NCBI GenBank assembly: GCA_965652295.1
Contig: CBFGTS010000006.1
Coordinates: forward strand, 208,043 to 272,042
Source: an uncultured Haloferula sp.
Lineage (GTDB): Bacteria > Verrucomicrobiota > Verrucomicrobiia > Verrucomicrobiales > Akkermansiaceae
DNA length: 64,000 bases
Direction: 5' to 3'
A model generated the notes under the pieces. It did no database searches. It was not told the origin of the DNA and saw only the letters and a list, made by a program, of their open reading frames with translations. Made by a program: the position numbers and the translations under genes. This document shows, piece after piece, positions 27,610 to 36,272 of this stretch (positions are counted from its first letter, which is position 1; the number at the start of each line of letters is the position of its first letter).

Positions 27610-30600
27610 GGTGCCTCGGGGAGTTCGACGCGGAAGAACAGGGGCCCGGTTTGTGAGGGGAAATGCAGGTGGCGGATCTCGTAGTCGGCATCGATGGTTT
27701 CCACCGAGCTGCTGGCAGGTTGGGCGGGTGCTTCGGGGGCGGTGACCGGGTGCCAGGTGATCAGGTCGCTGCTGACGGAAACCTGGGAGTATATCTGGTT
27801 GTCGTTGCGGGGGTGGATGTAGGAATAGGTGCAAGTGCCGTCGAGGGCGGCCTGGATGGCGGGAGTGCCGGATGTTTCGCCTGGGGTGAGCGGGATGATG
27901 GACGGGTTTCGTGGGTCGCCGAGGTTGAAGAGATAGTAGAAGGCATTGGCGAGGCCATTGCCTGAGGCATCGCCATAGGTCCCGCCTTTTTCCGGATCGT
28001 AGTAGAGGGTGTCGCCGAGATAGTTGTGGAGGTGAAGCTCGTGAGGGAAGAACGGAGGGACGTTGCCGACGGTTTTGAAATGCCCGCCATTGAGGCTTTG
28101 GAAGTAGCTGCCGGGGATTTCGTCCTGGCCGTTGGTGGGCATAGGGTCGCCTTCTTTCTGCCAGGATACGGAGAAGTGGCTGGCGCCTCGGTCTTCCTTG
28201 TGGAGCAGCTCGATGTAGTAACGCTGGCCGGCAACGAGGGGGATGTAGTCTGATTTTCCGGTCCTGCCGTCACTCCAGCTGCGCTCGCCGGTGACGTCGG
28301 AGTTGGCGGCGATGAGGGATTTGTGTTCGGGGTATTCGTCACCGCTGAGGTAGAGTTGGACGCGGTCGTCACCGGAGGCGAAGAAGCGGTAGTTGGCGGT
28401 CTCGATGGGCACCAGCCACGCGGTGACGCGGTGGCCGAGGTGGTTGTCATTTTGGACGGCGGTTTTGTAGTAGAAGGAACCGAGCGTGCCGTAGCCGTCG
28501 ATGAGCCAAGGGTAGCCGGGATCGTCGGTTAGGTCGCTGATTTGGGTGCCTTCGGTTTCGGTGAAGTAGTGGATGGTCAGCGAGCCGGAGTTGGTGGTGT
28601 CCGCGTCTGTGATGGTGACGGTGGACGGGGTGGATGTGAAGACGTGGCCCACGGTGGTGGCGACGCAGTGGTATTCACCGGCGGATCCGTTGTTGAGCGG
28701 ATAGAGCGAGAGGACGTAGCTGGTCTTGGGATCGCCGATGGGCGCGCCGTCCTTATACCATTGGTAGAGGACGGCTCTCGGGCTGTTGACTCGGTAGGTC
28801 AGGCTTGCCGTATTGCCAACGGCACGATCGATGCTCGCGATGGGGTCGAAGGCGACGCTGGCCTCGGATTCATTGACGGCGTGGGCGAGCACGCTGGAGT
28901 CCATCAGCTCGATGTTGGAGTTCGACGGCGTGGTCCAGCCGACGGCGAGCGGGCCAGGCTGGAAGCGGTCGCAGCGGTGGAGAATCTGGATGGGATAAGC
29001 TCTTCCGGCTTCGAGATAGACCGGGGCGGATGCTTGTTCGGCGTTGGCGGTCCAGTCGTAATCTTCCGGCTCCTGGGTGCACTGGCAGAGGGTGGTGAAG
29101 ATGCTTTCATCTCCGAGGTCGATGTAGAAAACCGAGTCGTTGCGGGAGGCGAGGTAGAAGCGGTAGGTGCCGGATTCTCGGGGGATGAGGAAGCCGCTGA
29201 TCTTCCGGACCATGCTCTCGCTGATCGGTTGGAAATCGAGGATGAAGGCGGTGTCGATCCAATCGCCGGTGCCATAGATGTTGGCGACTGTTTCTCCGAC
29301 TCCGGTGCCGGCGAAGGCGCTGTTGTCGGCGCCGGGAGCGTAGCCGGCGGGGAGGGTGCGGATGTGGACGTGGACGCGGACTTTTTCCGAAATACTACGG
29401 CTGCCGTGGGTGGCGGTGAGCTGGAGCATGTAGGTGCCGTCGGCGGGGAAAGTGACCTGGGTCGAGAGGCTGTCCGGGCTGGCAATGTTCGATGCGGCCG
29501 GGCCGCTGAGTTGGGTCCAGAGCGCGCTGTCAGGCGTGAGCGCTTGGCCGAGGGAGTTGGTGAGGTCGAGCTGGAAATCGATGCTGCCGATGTCGGTGAT
29601 CAGGGTGCGGAATTCCGGCTGGTCCCAGGTGTGCGGCGTTTGGTGGAAATCGATGATCAGCTCGTCGGTGTCCCAGCCGGGAACGAGCGATAGCCCGCCT
29701 TTGGCGATGCCGTAAGGCAGGGCGGTGTAGAGTTCGCCGAGCAGGTAGTGGCAGTCATCGTCGTTTTCGAAAAGCGTGGTGAAGTAGGCGGGCGGGCCGT
29801 CGGCCACTTGGGCGAGGTGCCAGAAGAACTTCCAGTTCTCGAAGAAGTAGCGGCGTTGCTGGCTGGTCCAGTAGGGCATGGCCAGGTGGTTGAAGACGAC
29901 GCCGGAGATGGTGTGGGTGTGGGCGTATTGGTGCTCGCGGTTGAAGCGGACGGAGTAGTCGGTCATGCGCGCGAGCGGCTCCTGCTCGGAGGCGGGCACG
30001 GGATTTCCGCCGAGGAAGGTGTTGTAAGCGAAGGTGGCGGCGGCGGTGCGGGCGCTGCCATCGCGGGCGAAGGTGGCGTTTGCCAGCCCGTGCCAGTAGT
30101 GGACGGCGCCGAATTCCGGATGGGCGCTTTCCTTGAGCTGCTGCCATTGCCAGGCCATTTTCTGGGAGATCGAGGGATCCTCGTTGACGTCCCAACCCGG
30201 GGCGATTTCGGGGATGGCATTGGCGGGTTTGGTTTCGCCCGCGGCGTAGCCGAAATGCCGGCCGTCGCGCGGGGTTACTGTGAGGTCGAGCACCTTGTTG
30301 CCACTGATGTCGGTGACCTGGCTGGCCAGCGCGAGGGCGGCGAAGCTGCTAGAGGTGCAAATGTTGAAGCCGCAGTTGTTGTAGTCGCTATGCACGCCGG
30401 CATGGGCGCCCCCCGCGGGCGTGCGGCGACCGTAGCGGTCGCTCCACCACTGGACGCGGTTGGCGAGCTTTTCCGCGGCGGTCTGGAAGGCGGGATAGTA
30501 TTGTTCGTCTTTGGTCTTCTGCAGGTATTCGGAAAGGAAGATCATCGCGACATTCAGCGCCCAGTTCTCGTGGCCGCGGAATTGATCGACGAAATTCGGG

Positions 30601-31298
30601 TTGGCCGAGCCGTCTAACAAATACTGCTCGACCGGGGCGTATTGGGCGAAGTCGAGTTCATCCAGGCAGCGGTCCCGGATGGCATTGATGCTGAGCCGGT
30701 AGGGTTTGTCGCCTGTGGTGCTGTTCCAGTCCGGGTGGCTGAGCAGGGCGAGTCCGACCCAGAACGAGGCGTATTTCGTGCCGGAGTTCACGCGCCAGGT
30801 TTCGGCCATCGTGTTCTCGTGGATCGATTTCACCGCGCGTTCGTAGGTCTCCTCGAAAGCGTCGCTGCCGAGCGGGTAGGCCGGGCCGAGTCCGCCATCG
30901 GCGGGGAGCTGGATATGGAGGATCAGGTCACCGGTGCCGGGACGCAACACCATGAGCGGCAGGATGCCATCGGCGCGGCGTGCTTTTTCCATCGCCTCGC
31001 CGAGTCCCTTCATCGGGCCGACGTAGAAGTTCCAGACGTCATCGACCGCTTTCTCAAAAGGCGTGCCGAAGGCGCCGTAGATGAAGTCGTTGACCTGCAG
31101 GCCGGCGAGCGCTCCGGCGCCACCAGACCCGACCTCGCTGACCCGCACGAAATTTTCCCCCAACTGCAAGTAGCAACGCCCGCCGATCTGTCCGAGCGGG
31201 TAGTCCCAGTCGGTCTTCTCAGACGCCAAGCTCCACGGGGCCAGGCAGACCATGAGAGAGATCAGGATGGAGACTGTGGTGCGCATCGGGCGAATCAT
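27606..31298 (-). CDS. Large secreted protein: PDZ-like + DUF6288-like helical domain, PKD-like, two PA14 and one Ig domain, C-terminal putative sorting domain
   Basis: YPLGQIGG..VRVSEV..GLQVND; ENWAL; WTQLSGP; PA14-like SGFLIPRESGTYRFY and TAWLVPIETANYRFFASGDD; tail SSDLITW...LFFRV. Start 31298 or 31286. Confidence 0.7.
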   Translation of the reverse strand: MIRPMRTTVSILISLMVCLAPWSLASEKTDWDYPLGQIGGRCYLQLGENFVRVSEVGSGGAGALAGLQVNDFIYGAFGTPFEKAVDDVWNFYVGPMKGLGEAMEKARRADGILPLMVLRPGTGDLILHIQLPADGGLGPAYPLGSDAFEETYERAVKSIHENTMAETWRVNSGTKYASFWVGLALLSHPDWNSTTGDKPYRLSINAIRDRCLDELDFAQYAPVEQYLLDGSANPNFVDQFRGHENWALNVAMIFLSEYLQKTKDEQYYPAFQTAAEKLANRVQWWSDRYGRRTPAGGAHAGVHSDYNNCGFNICTSSSFAALALASQVTDISGNKVLDLTVTPRDGRHFGYAAGETKPANAIPEIAPGWDVNEDPSISQKMAWQWQQLKESAHPEFGAVHYWHGLANATFARDGSARTAAATFAYNTFLGGNPVPASEQEPLARMTDYSVRFNREHQYAHTHTISGVVFNHLAMPYWTSQQRRYFFENWKFFWHLAQVADGPPAYFTTLFENDDDCHYLLGELYTALPYGIAKGGLSLVPGWDTDELIIDFHQTPHTWDQPEFRTLITDIGSIDFQLDLTNSLGQALTPDSALWTQLSGPAASNIASPDSLSTQVTFPADGTYMLQLTATHGSRSISEKVRVHVHIRTLPAGYAPGADNSAFAGTGVGETVANIYGTGDWIDTAFILDFQPISESMVRKISGFLIPRESGTYRFYLASRNDSVFYIDLGDESIFTTLCQCTQEPEDYDWTANAEQASAPVYLEAGRAYPIQILHRCDRFQPGPLAVGWTTPSNSNIELMDSSVLAHAVNESEASVAFDPIASIDRAVGNTASLTYRVNSPRAVLYQWYKDGAPIGDPKTSYVLSLYPLNNGSAGEYHCVATTVGHVFTSTPSTVTITDADTTNSGSLTIHYFTETEGTQISDLTDDPGYPWLIDGYGTLGSFYYKTAVQNDNHLGHRVTAWLVPIETANYRFFASGDDRVQLYLSGDEYPEHKSLIAANSDVTGERSWSDGRTGKSDYIPLVAGQRYYIELLHKEDRGASHFSVSWQKEGDPMPTNGQDEIPGSYFQSLNGGHFKTVGNVPPFFPHELHLHNYLGDTLYYDPEKGGTYGDASGNGLANAFYYLFNLGDPRNPSIIPLTPGETSGTPAIQAALDGTCTYSYIHPRNDNQIYSQVSVSSDLITWHPVTAPEAPAQPASSSVETIDADYEIRHLHFPSQTGPLFFRVELPEAP

Positions 31299-31384
31299 GG
31301 GGCTGGAGTTTTCGAGGGTGGGGGCACCAGTGCCGTGCCGGACCGTGCCATGCACTGGCGTCGGGGGTGCGTTTCCGACATCTC

Positions 31385-32209
31385 TCAAACGCGACGGCGA
31401 CGAAAGAACCCGAGCACCGGTAGGGCGAGGCAAATGATCGTCGAAGGCTCGGGCACCGCCGTGGTGCCGGCGAAGGAGTAGTTCGTCACCGGATCGGTGC
31501 CGAAGGGGGTGACCACGGAGTAGGTCAGCTTGTATTCGAACATCTCGTGAACCGCGCTCAGATCGAGCCCTACCACGTCGCCGGACTCGCCCGGTCCGTA
31601 GGATTCCGAGACCATGACTCCATCATGGTAGGTCGTGTAGCTGGCGGTGAGAGTCTCGGAGCTGGTCGCGGCGGTCAGGGTCGGCAAATCGGGAAGTTGG
31701 ATGACCGCGCCGGGAATGACGGCGGGCGACCAGGTTCGCAGCGTGATGGTGGCTTCGAAGAAGGCGTCGGCATTCTCCAGGCCGTCGCCGAAATCAACCT
31801 GGGCCAGTTCGGCGCTGGTCAGGCTGTCGATGGTGAAGTCGAAACGGTCGTTGGTGGTGGCCGAACCGACCGTGAAGCTGGCGCTCAGGCTTCCCTGCGC
31901 AACGTCCTTCGCCAGGCCGGAGTCGGGAGCGACGCTGGCGCTCAGGCCGGGATTTCCGGAGGTGGTCGATGTGGCGGCGAGCACGTCACCGGCCTCATCG
32001 ACAAAGGGAGTGATGTAGGTGAAGCCCTGATCGCTGGTGACGATCTCCGAGGCGACGCCGGCGGTGCCGCCGGCCTGGCGGAAGCCAGCCCGGATGGAGG
32101 CGCTCAGTTCGAAGCCGTTCCAGCCACCCGGCGACCCGAGGATCAACGAAGCGGCATGTCCGGACGACGGGATGACGAATAGCAGGGCAAGGATGATGGG
32201 TCGTTTCAT
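31385..32209 (-). CDS. PEP-CTERM surface protein
   Basis: Signal peptide; C-terminal AVPEPST + TM + RRRRV. Confidence 0.9.
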   Translation of the reverse strand: MKRPIILALLFVIPSSGHAASLILGSPGGWNGFELSASIRAGFRQAGGTAGVASEIVTSDQGFTYITPFVDEAGDVLAATSTTSGNPGLSASVAPDSGLAKDVAQGSLSASFTVGSATTNDRFDFTIDSLTSAELAQVDFGDGLENADAFFEATITLRTWSPAVIPGAVIQLPDLPTLTAATSSETLTASYTTYHDGVMVSESYGPGESGDVVGLDLSAVHEMFEYKLTYSVVTPFGTDPVTNYSFAGTTAVPEPSTIICLALPVLGFFRRRRV

Positions 32210-32234
32210 GGTGGGATTGGGATGAGGAATGACT

Positions 32235-32273
32235 CTGAACCCTACCTGACTGAATCTGAACAGAACCTGAACA
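32235..32273 (-). promoter_or_regulatory. Array of CTGAAC/CTGAC half-sites at 10-11-bp spacing, candidate OmpR-family site
   Basis: Half-sites at 32235, 32246, 32256 and 32267, upstream of the 32209 start. Confidence 0.5.
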
Positions 32274-32329
32274 TCTGGAAAAATTGACTTTCGGTTCCTG
32301 CGTTTGGCGTTAGGGCCAGTTCCGCAGCG

Positions 32330-33685
32330 TCACTCGGCGGGCACGGGATAGATAAAGCGGAAATAGCGGGAATCGTGGTCCGTCTCGTCTGGCACCAGTG
32401 CGCTGAGAAGGCCGTCCTCGTCCGCCTTCAGCGGCACGGTCGACCAGGTGGCAAGATCATCGGATGTTTGGAGACCGTAGGTCACATTCGGCACTCCGAT
32501 GGCGGAGACAAGGGTTCCGCCCGTACCGTCTTCGTCGAATCGGCCGATCTCAAACGAGTCGGTTGGCAGGATGATGTAGCTGAGGTTGCCCTCGGCGTCG
32601 AACGGGTCCGACCACTTCTCGTCGGTGTAGAGATTCGAGCCGGTCAGTGTCTTGAGGAAGGCTTCGATCGCGTTCTTCTCCGTACTGGTGAGGTTCAGTT
32701 GTTGAGGCTGATCCAGCGGGCGCGCGAGGCGTTGGTCGAGGCCGGGGACGACGGCGGGGATGGCGTTGTAGTGGTCGATCACATCCTGCAGCGTCGCCAG
32801 GCTCGCGTCGTGCATGAATCCTCCGTGCGGAGTTCCGTCGGCGGCGACGAGGTCGCGCAGGCTGGGGGCGCGGGTGTTGGCCGTGTCGGTGCCGCCGGCG
32901 ATCACGCCGACCACGCCGTTGTTGCCGCTGGCGGGGTCGATCGAGAATTCCGGCGGCTGATGGCAACCGGCGCAGCCCGCGCCGCCGACGTTCGGCGGGC
33001 GGACGAAGAGGTTTTTGCCGTCGTTTTCCTGCTGGGTGAAATTCGGGAAGGACGAAGCGTCAGAGCCGGTCGAACTACGACCTTCATCGTAGCGACTGTC
33101 GAAGGACTGGATGCTGCGGACGAACTGGGCGAGCGATTTTCCGATCCGCTCCTCGGTGACGGCCGGGTCGCCATGGACCGCTTCGAACAGGACCTGATAG
33201 ACTTCGATTTCCGACAGCCGGTCGATGAGGTCGCTGAAGGCCGGATCGCCGTCGGTGCCGCTGAATCCCATTTCGACGTGATCCTGGATGGGCATCGTCG
33301 CCTGGTCTTCGGCGCTGTCGGCGCGCTCGTCCCAGAAAAAGCGGGATTCGTCGGAAAAGCGGGCGTTGACGAGGCGCATCGAGTGCCGGCCGGTGACGCC
33401 GGCCACCCCGGCGCTGGCCGTGGCGCTGTCACCGAAGGCCCGCTCCTGATGGTGGCAGCTGGCGCAGGAAACGGTGGCGTTCCGCGACAGACGTTTGTCG
33501 TAGAAAAGCACCCGCCCGAGCGTGGCACCGAGATCGGTGACCGGGTTGTCCGCCGGCGTGTTGTCGCGGGTGATATAAGCGGGAACCGGCTGGTTGGCGT
33601 AGTTGGCCGGCCGGGTGAGGTCCAGCATCGACTGAGCGCAGACAGGGAGGGAGGAAAGGAGCAGGAGGACGATATGGGGATTCAT
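32330..33685 (-). CDS. Dihaem cytochrome c peroxidase/MauG-family protein with C-terminal putative sorting domain
   Basis: LGRVLFYDKRLS, CASCH, FFWDER, CAGCH, APSLRD, FMHD, VIDHY; tail YGLQTSDDLATW...YFRF. Confidence 0.88.
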   Translation of the reverse strand: MNPHIVLLLLSSLPVCAQSMLDLTRPANYANQPVPAYITRDNTPADNPVTDLGATLGRVLFYDKRLSRNATVSCASCHHQERAFGDSATASAGVAGVTGRHSMRLVNARFSDESRFFWDERADSAEDQATMPIQDHVEMGFSGTDGDPAFSDLIDRLSEIEVYQVLFEAVHGDPAVTEERIGKSLAQFVRSIQSFDSRYDEGRSSTGSDASSFPNFTQQENDGKNLFVRPPNVGGAGCAGCHQPPEFSIDPASGNNGVVGVIAGGTDTANTRAPSLRDLVAADGTPHGGFMHDASLATLQDVIDHYNAIPAVVPGLDQRLARPLDQPQQLNLTSTEKNAIEAFLKTLTGSNLYTDEKWSDPFDAEGNLSYIILPTDSFEIGRFDEDGTGGTLVSAIGVPNVTYGLQTSDDLATWSTVPLKADEDGLLSALVPDETDHDSRYFRFIYPVPAE

Positions 33686-33707
33686 GCTTTCACATTGGCC
33701 CATTTTA

Positions 33708-33726
33708 CCTGAACCGAAGATGAATC
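33708..33726 (-). promoter_or_regulatory. 11-bp-period direct repeat (coding strand GATTCATCTTCGGTTCAGG), candidate OmpR-family site
   Basis: Near-identical to 26846-26864; about 23 bp upstream of the 33685 start. Confidence 0.6.
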
Positions 33727-33810
33727 GGCGGGCAGCGCGGAAAGCGAATGAAGAGTTCCAGTCAAGGAGCGGCGGAAGCCGTCTGCCGATGCGGCCGCGC
33801 GGAGGATGAA

Positions 33811-33870
33811 CCGCCCCCGAACGCCCTCGAACGCCCTCGAACGCCCTCGAACGCCCTCGAACGCCCTCGA
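33811..33870. repeat. 10-bp tandem repeat (ACGCCCTCGA)x5 plus one degenerate copy
   Basis: Perfect copies at 33821-33870. Confidence 0.95.
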
Positions 33871-33930
33871 AGCGAACTTCAAGAAATCCCTTGCGAAGCT
33901 CTGGTACTACTGACCCCTTTCACGACCCCG

Positions 33931-34074
33931 TTCATGCTCCCCATCGCCACCCCGCCGAACGCCATCGTCTTCGGCTCCGGCCTCGTCACCCAGCGCCAGA
34001 TGATGCGGGCCGGGCTGGTGCTCAACCTCGTCTTCGCCGTCCTGCTCACCCTGCTCGCCTGGTGGCTGCTCTAG
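33931..34074 (+). pseudogene. C-terminal remnant of a DASS/SLC13 anion symporter
   Basis: [33 protein letters not shown] is the family's C-terminal signature; the rest of the gene is missing. Confidence 0.8.
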
Positions 34075-34143
34075 TGGCCTCACTCCTTTGTCTGCCAGGC
34101 ACCCGCGCATCGATCCGCTGACCCCCTTCCCGAGTGACTCAGA

Positions 34144-34157
34144 TGTTCGCTTGAACA
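34144..34157. promoter_or_regulatory. LexA (SOS) box, Verrucomicrobia type TGTTC-N4-GAACA
   Basis: TGTTCGCTTGAACA is a perfect match, about 30 bp upstream of imuA. Confidence 0.9.
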
Positions 34158-34185
34158 TTTCATCCGCTTGTGTTCCCGTTTCCGG

Positions 34186-34803
34186 GTGACCAAGGCGATT
34201 GAGGAACTTCGAAAGGAGATGCGGGAACGTTTCCCGCAGGCGCATGCGTCGCCTCCCGTGGAGGCTTTCCCGGTTCTGACGCCGGTGGAATGCTTCACCC
34301 CGGACCTTTTCCCCGAAGGGGCTCTTTCGGAGGTGATCGGAACCGGTCTTGGCATGTTGGTCGCCCACCTGCTTGAGAGGGAAAAGGGGGTGGATTTCCC
34401 CGAACTGGTGCTGGTGGATAGCGACTGCTTTGATCCCGCTTCGTTCAGCACCGATGCATGCTCGCGCCTGCTTTGGGTCCGTTGCGCCACGACCGGCGAG
34501 ATGTTGAAGGCGACCGACCTGCTGGTGCGGGATGGCAACATTCCCTTCGTGCTGCTTGATACCTGCGGGATCGATTGCCGCGAGCTCCACCGCCTGCCCA
34601 CGGCGATCTGGTGGCGGCTCAAACTCGCGGCGGAGACGACGAATTGCCGGCTCGTCGTGCTTTCCCTCCAGCCTCACGTGCCGTGTGCCTCACTGCGAAT
34701 CGCCTTGGAGGCGCGGCTTTCGCTGGAAGATTTCGACCACCCGCGGCGCGGGTTATTGGAGCGGCTGGAAGTGACGCGCGAAAAGGAACGGAGGCTGGGC
34801 TAG
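34186..34803 (+). CDS. imuA: ImuA/RecA-like mutasome accessory protein
   Basis: GALSEV, LVLVDSDCFDP, LLWVRC, KATDLLVRDGN..VLLD; first gene of the cassette after the LexA box. Confidence 0.75.
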   Translation: MTKAIEELRKEMRERFPQAHASPPVEAFPVLTPVECFTPDLFPEGALSEVIGTGLGMLVAHLLEREKGVDFPELVLVDSDCFDPASFSTDACSRLLWVRCATTGEMLKATDLLVRDGNIPFVLLDTCGIDCRELHRLPTAIWWRLKLAAETTNCRLVVLSLQPHVPCASLRIALEARLSLEDFDHPRRGLLERLEVTREKERRLG

Positions 34804-36272
34804 TGTTCGCGGCCTTGCACCTGGTGGACCTCGTGGCCCTTGCCGCGATGAAGGAATGCCCGTCCTTGTGGCGAAAGCCTTTCGGCGTGATGGCGTTGCA
34901 AGAGAAGGCGCTGGTGGAAAGGGTGAAGCTGCCCCTGCTGGCAGTGAACGACGCGGCCCGCCGCGCTGGAATCGATGCCGGCTGGCCGCTCAACCGCGCC
35001 CTGGTCCGCTGCCCTGACCTCCGGATTCTGCCCCCGCAGCCGCGGCATGAGGCCGCTTTGCTTGCGGAAATGATCCGTCACGCCGAAACGCTTACGCCGG
35101 ACATCGAGATCGCGGCACCTGATACCCTCGTGCTCGATCTTTCCCGCGCCACGGCGCGGCAGAAGGAGCGGCTTGACTGGTTGGAGATGGCCGATGGCGG
35201 TGAGCTGCGACACGTCCGAGCCGCCACGCCTGATCTGGCCGCCCTCGCCGTCCGTGCGGAGAACTGCCACGGCGGGTTTGTCACGGCAGAGTCACTGCAT
35301 CCCCTGCCGCTGTCCTTTCTCGCGCCGCTTCCCGGAGGGGGCGAGCTGGTGGAGCGCCTTGAGGACTGGGGGCTCCATACCTTGGGCGAATTCATGAAAC
35401 TGCCGCATCAGGCGCTCACCGAACGGCTCGGGCCTGTCGCGGCGGAGTGGCACTCCCTCCTGCACGGGCGAAAGCGGCGGCTGCTCAGACTCCATCGCCC
35501 GCCGGAGAGCCTGGCGCAGGAGCTCGATCTCGAACACCCGCTTGCCGAGAGCGAACCACTGCTTTTCGCTTTCCAGCGTCTGCTGGGCCCTCTTTCGGCA
35601 CGGCTGCTCGCCCGCCACGTCGCGGTGCGGGCATTGAGGCTCGGATTCCACTTCGAAGATGGGGGGGAGATGTCCCGCACGCTGCGTTTGCCGGAGCCAC
35701 GAAGCGACGCACTGCTCGATCCCATCCAGCACCTGCTTGATTCCCTGATGCTTCCCGCTCCGGTTCTGCGCATCACCCTCGATGTCGAAACGTCGGAGCC
35801 GGCGGCCACGCAGCGCGATGCCTTCCAACGCCAGCTTCCGCGCCCCCGGCAATGGCAGGAAACCTTGGCTCGCCTGCATGCCTTGCTGGGCGAGGAGCGG
35901 GTGGGCATTCCCGTGCCGTCGGCCGATCACCGAAGCGAGGGCTTTCATCTTCGCCAACCAGGGGAGCCGTCCGAGGAAACGGAGGCCTGGCCCTCGTGTC
36001 CGGTTCCCCTCCGCCGCTTCCGCCCGCCCTACGAGGTTCACGTCGCCTTTTCTCCGGGACCGACACCGCTTGCCATCATCTCCGGGCCTCACCGGGGTGA
36101 GATCCTGCGTTTCCGCGGGCCCTTCCTCCACTCCGGTCAGTGGTGGGATGAAACGGAAGCGTGGAAACAGAGAGAGTGGGACATCCAGCTCGCCGCCGGA
36201 CTCTTCCGCCTCACCCACCGACCACCCGGGCAATGGCGTCTCGAAGGCTGCTACCAATTTTCCCCTCCATGA
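34803..36272 (+). CDS. imuB: ImuB, inactive Y-family polymerase-like protein
   Basis: AVNDAARRAGIDAG..ALVRCPDL, WGLHTLGEF, C-terminal PLRRFRPP..GPF..SGQWWD..REWD. Confidence 0.8.
   Translation: MFAALHLVDLVALAAMKECPSLWRKPFGVMALQEKALVERVKLPLLAVNDAARRAGIDAGWPLNRALVRCPDLRILPPQPRHEAALLAEMIRHAETLTPDIEIAAPDTLVLDLSRATARQKERLDWLEMADGGELRHVRAATPDLAALAVRAENCHGGFVTAESLHPLPLSFLAPLPGGGELVERLEDWGLHTLGEFMKLPHQALTERLGPVAAEWHSLLHGRKRRLLRLHRPPESLAQELDLEHPLAESEPLLFAFQRLLGPLSARLLARHVAVRALRLGFHFEDGGEMSRTLRLPEPRSDALLDPIQHLLDSLMLPAPVLRITLDVETSEPAATQRDAFQRQLPRPRQWQETLARLHALLGEERVGIPVPSADHRSEGFHLRQPGEPSEETEAWPSCPVPLRRFRPPYEVHVAFSPGPTPLAIISGPHRGEILRFRGPFLHSGQWWDETEAWKQREWDIQLAAGLFRLTHRPPGQWRLEGCYQFSPP

Noticed and set aside
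23240..33685. Methanobactin biosynthetic cluster
   Set aside because: Only MbnP/H-like domains are present; no mbnA precursor, mbnB or mbnC was recognised.
33811..33870. Possible CRISPR array
   Set aside because: Contiguous 10-bp units with no spacers and no cas genes; it is a simple VNTR.
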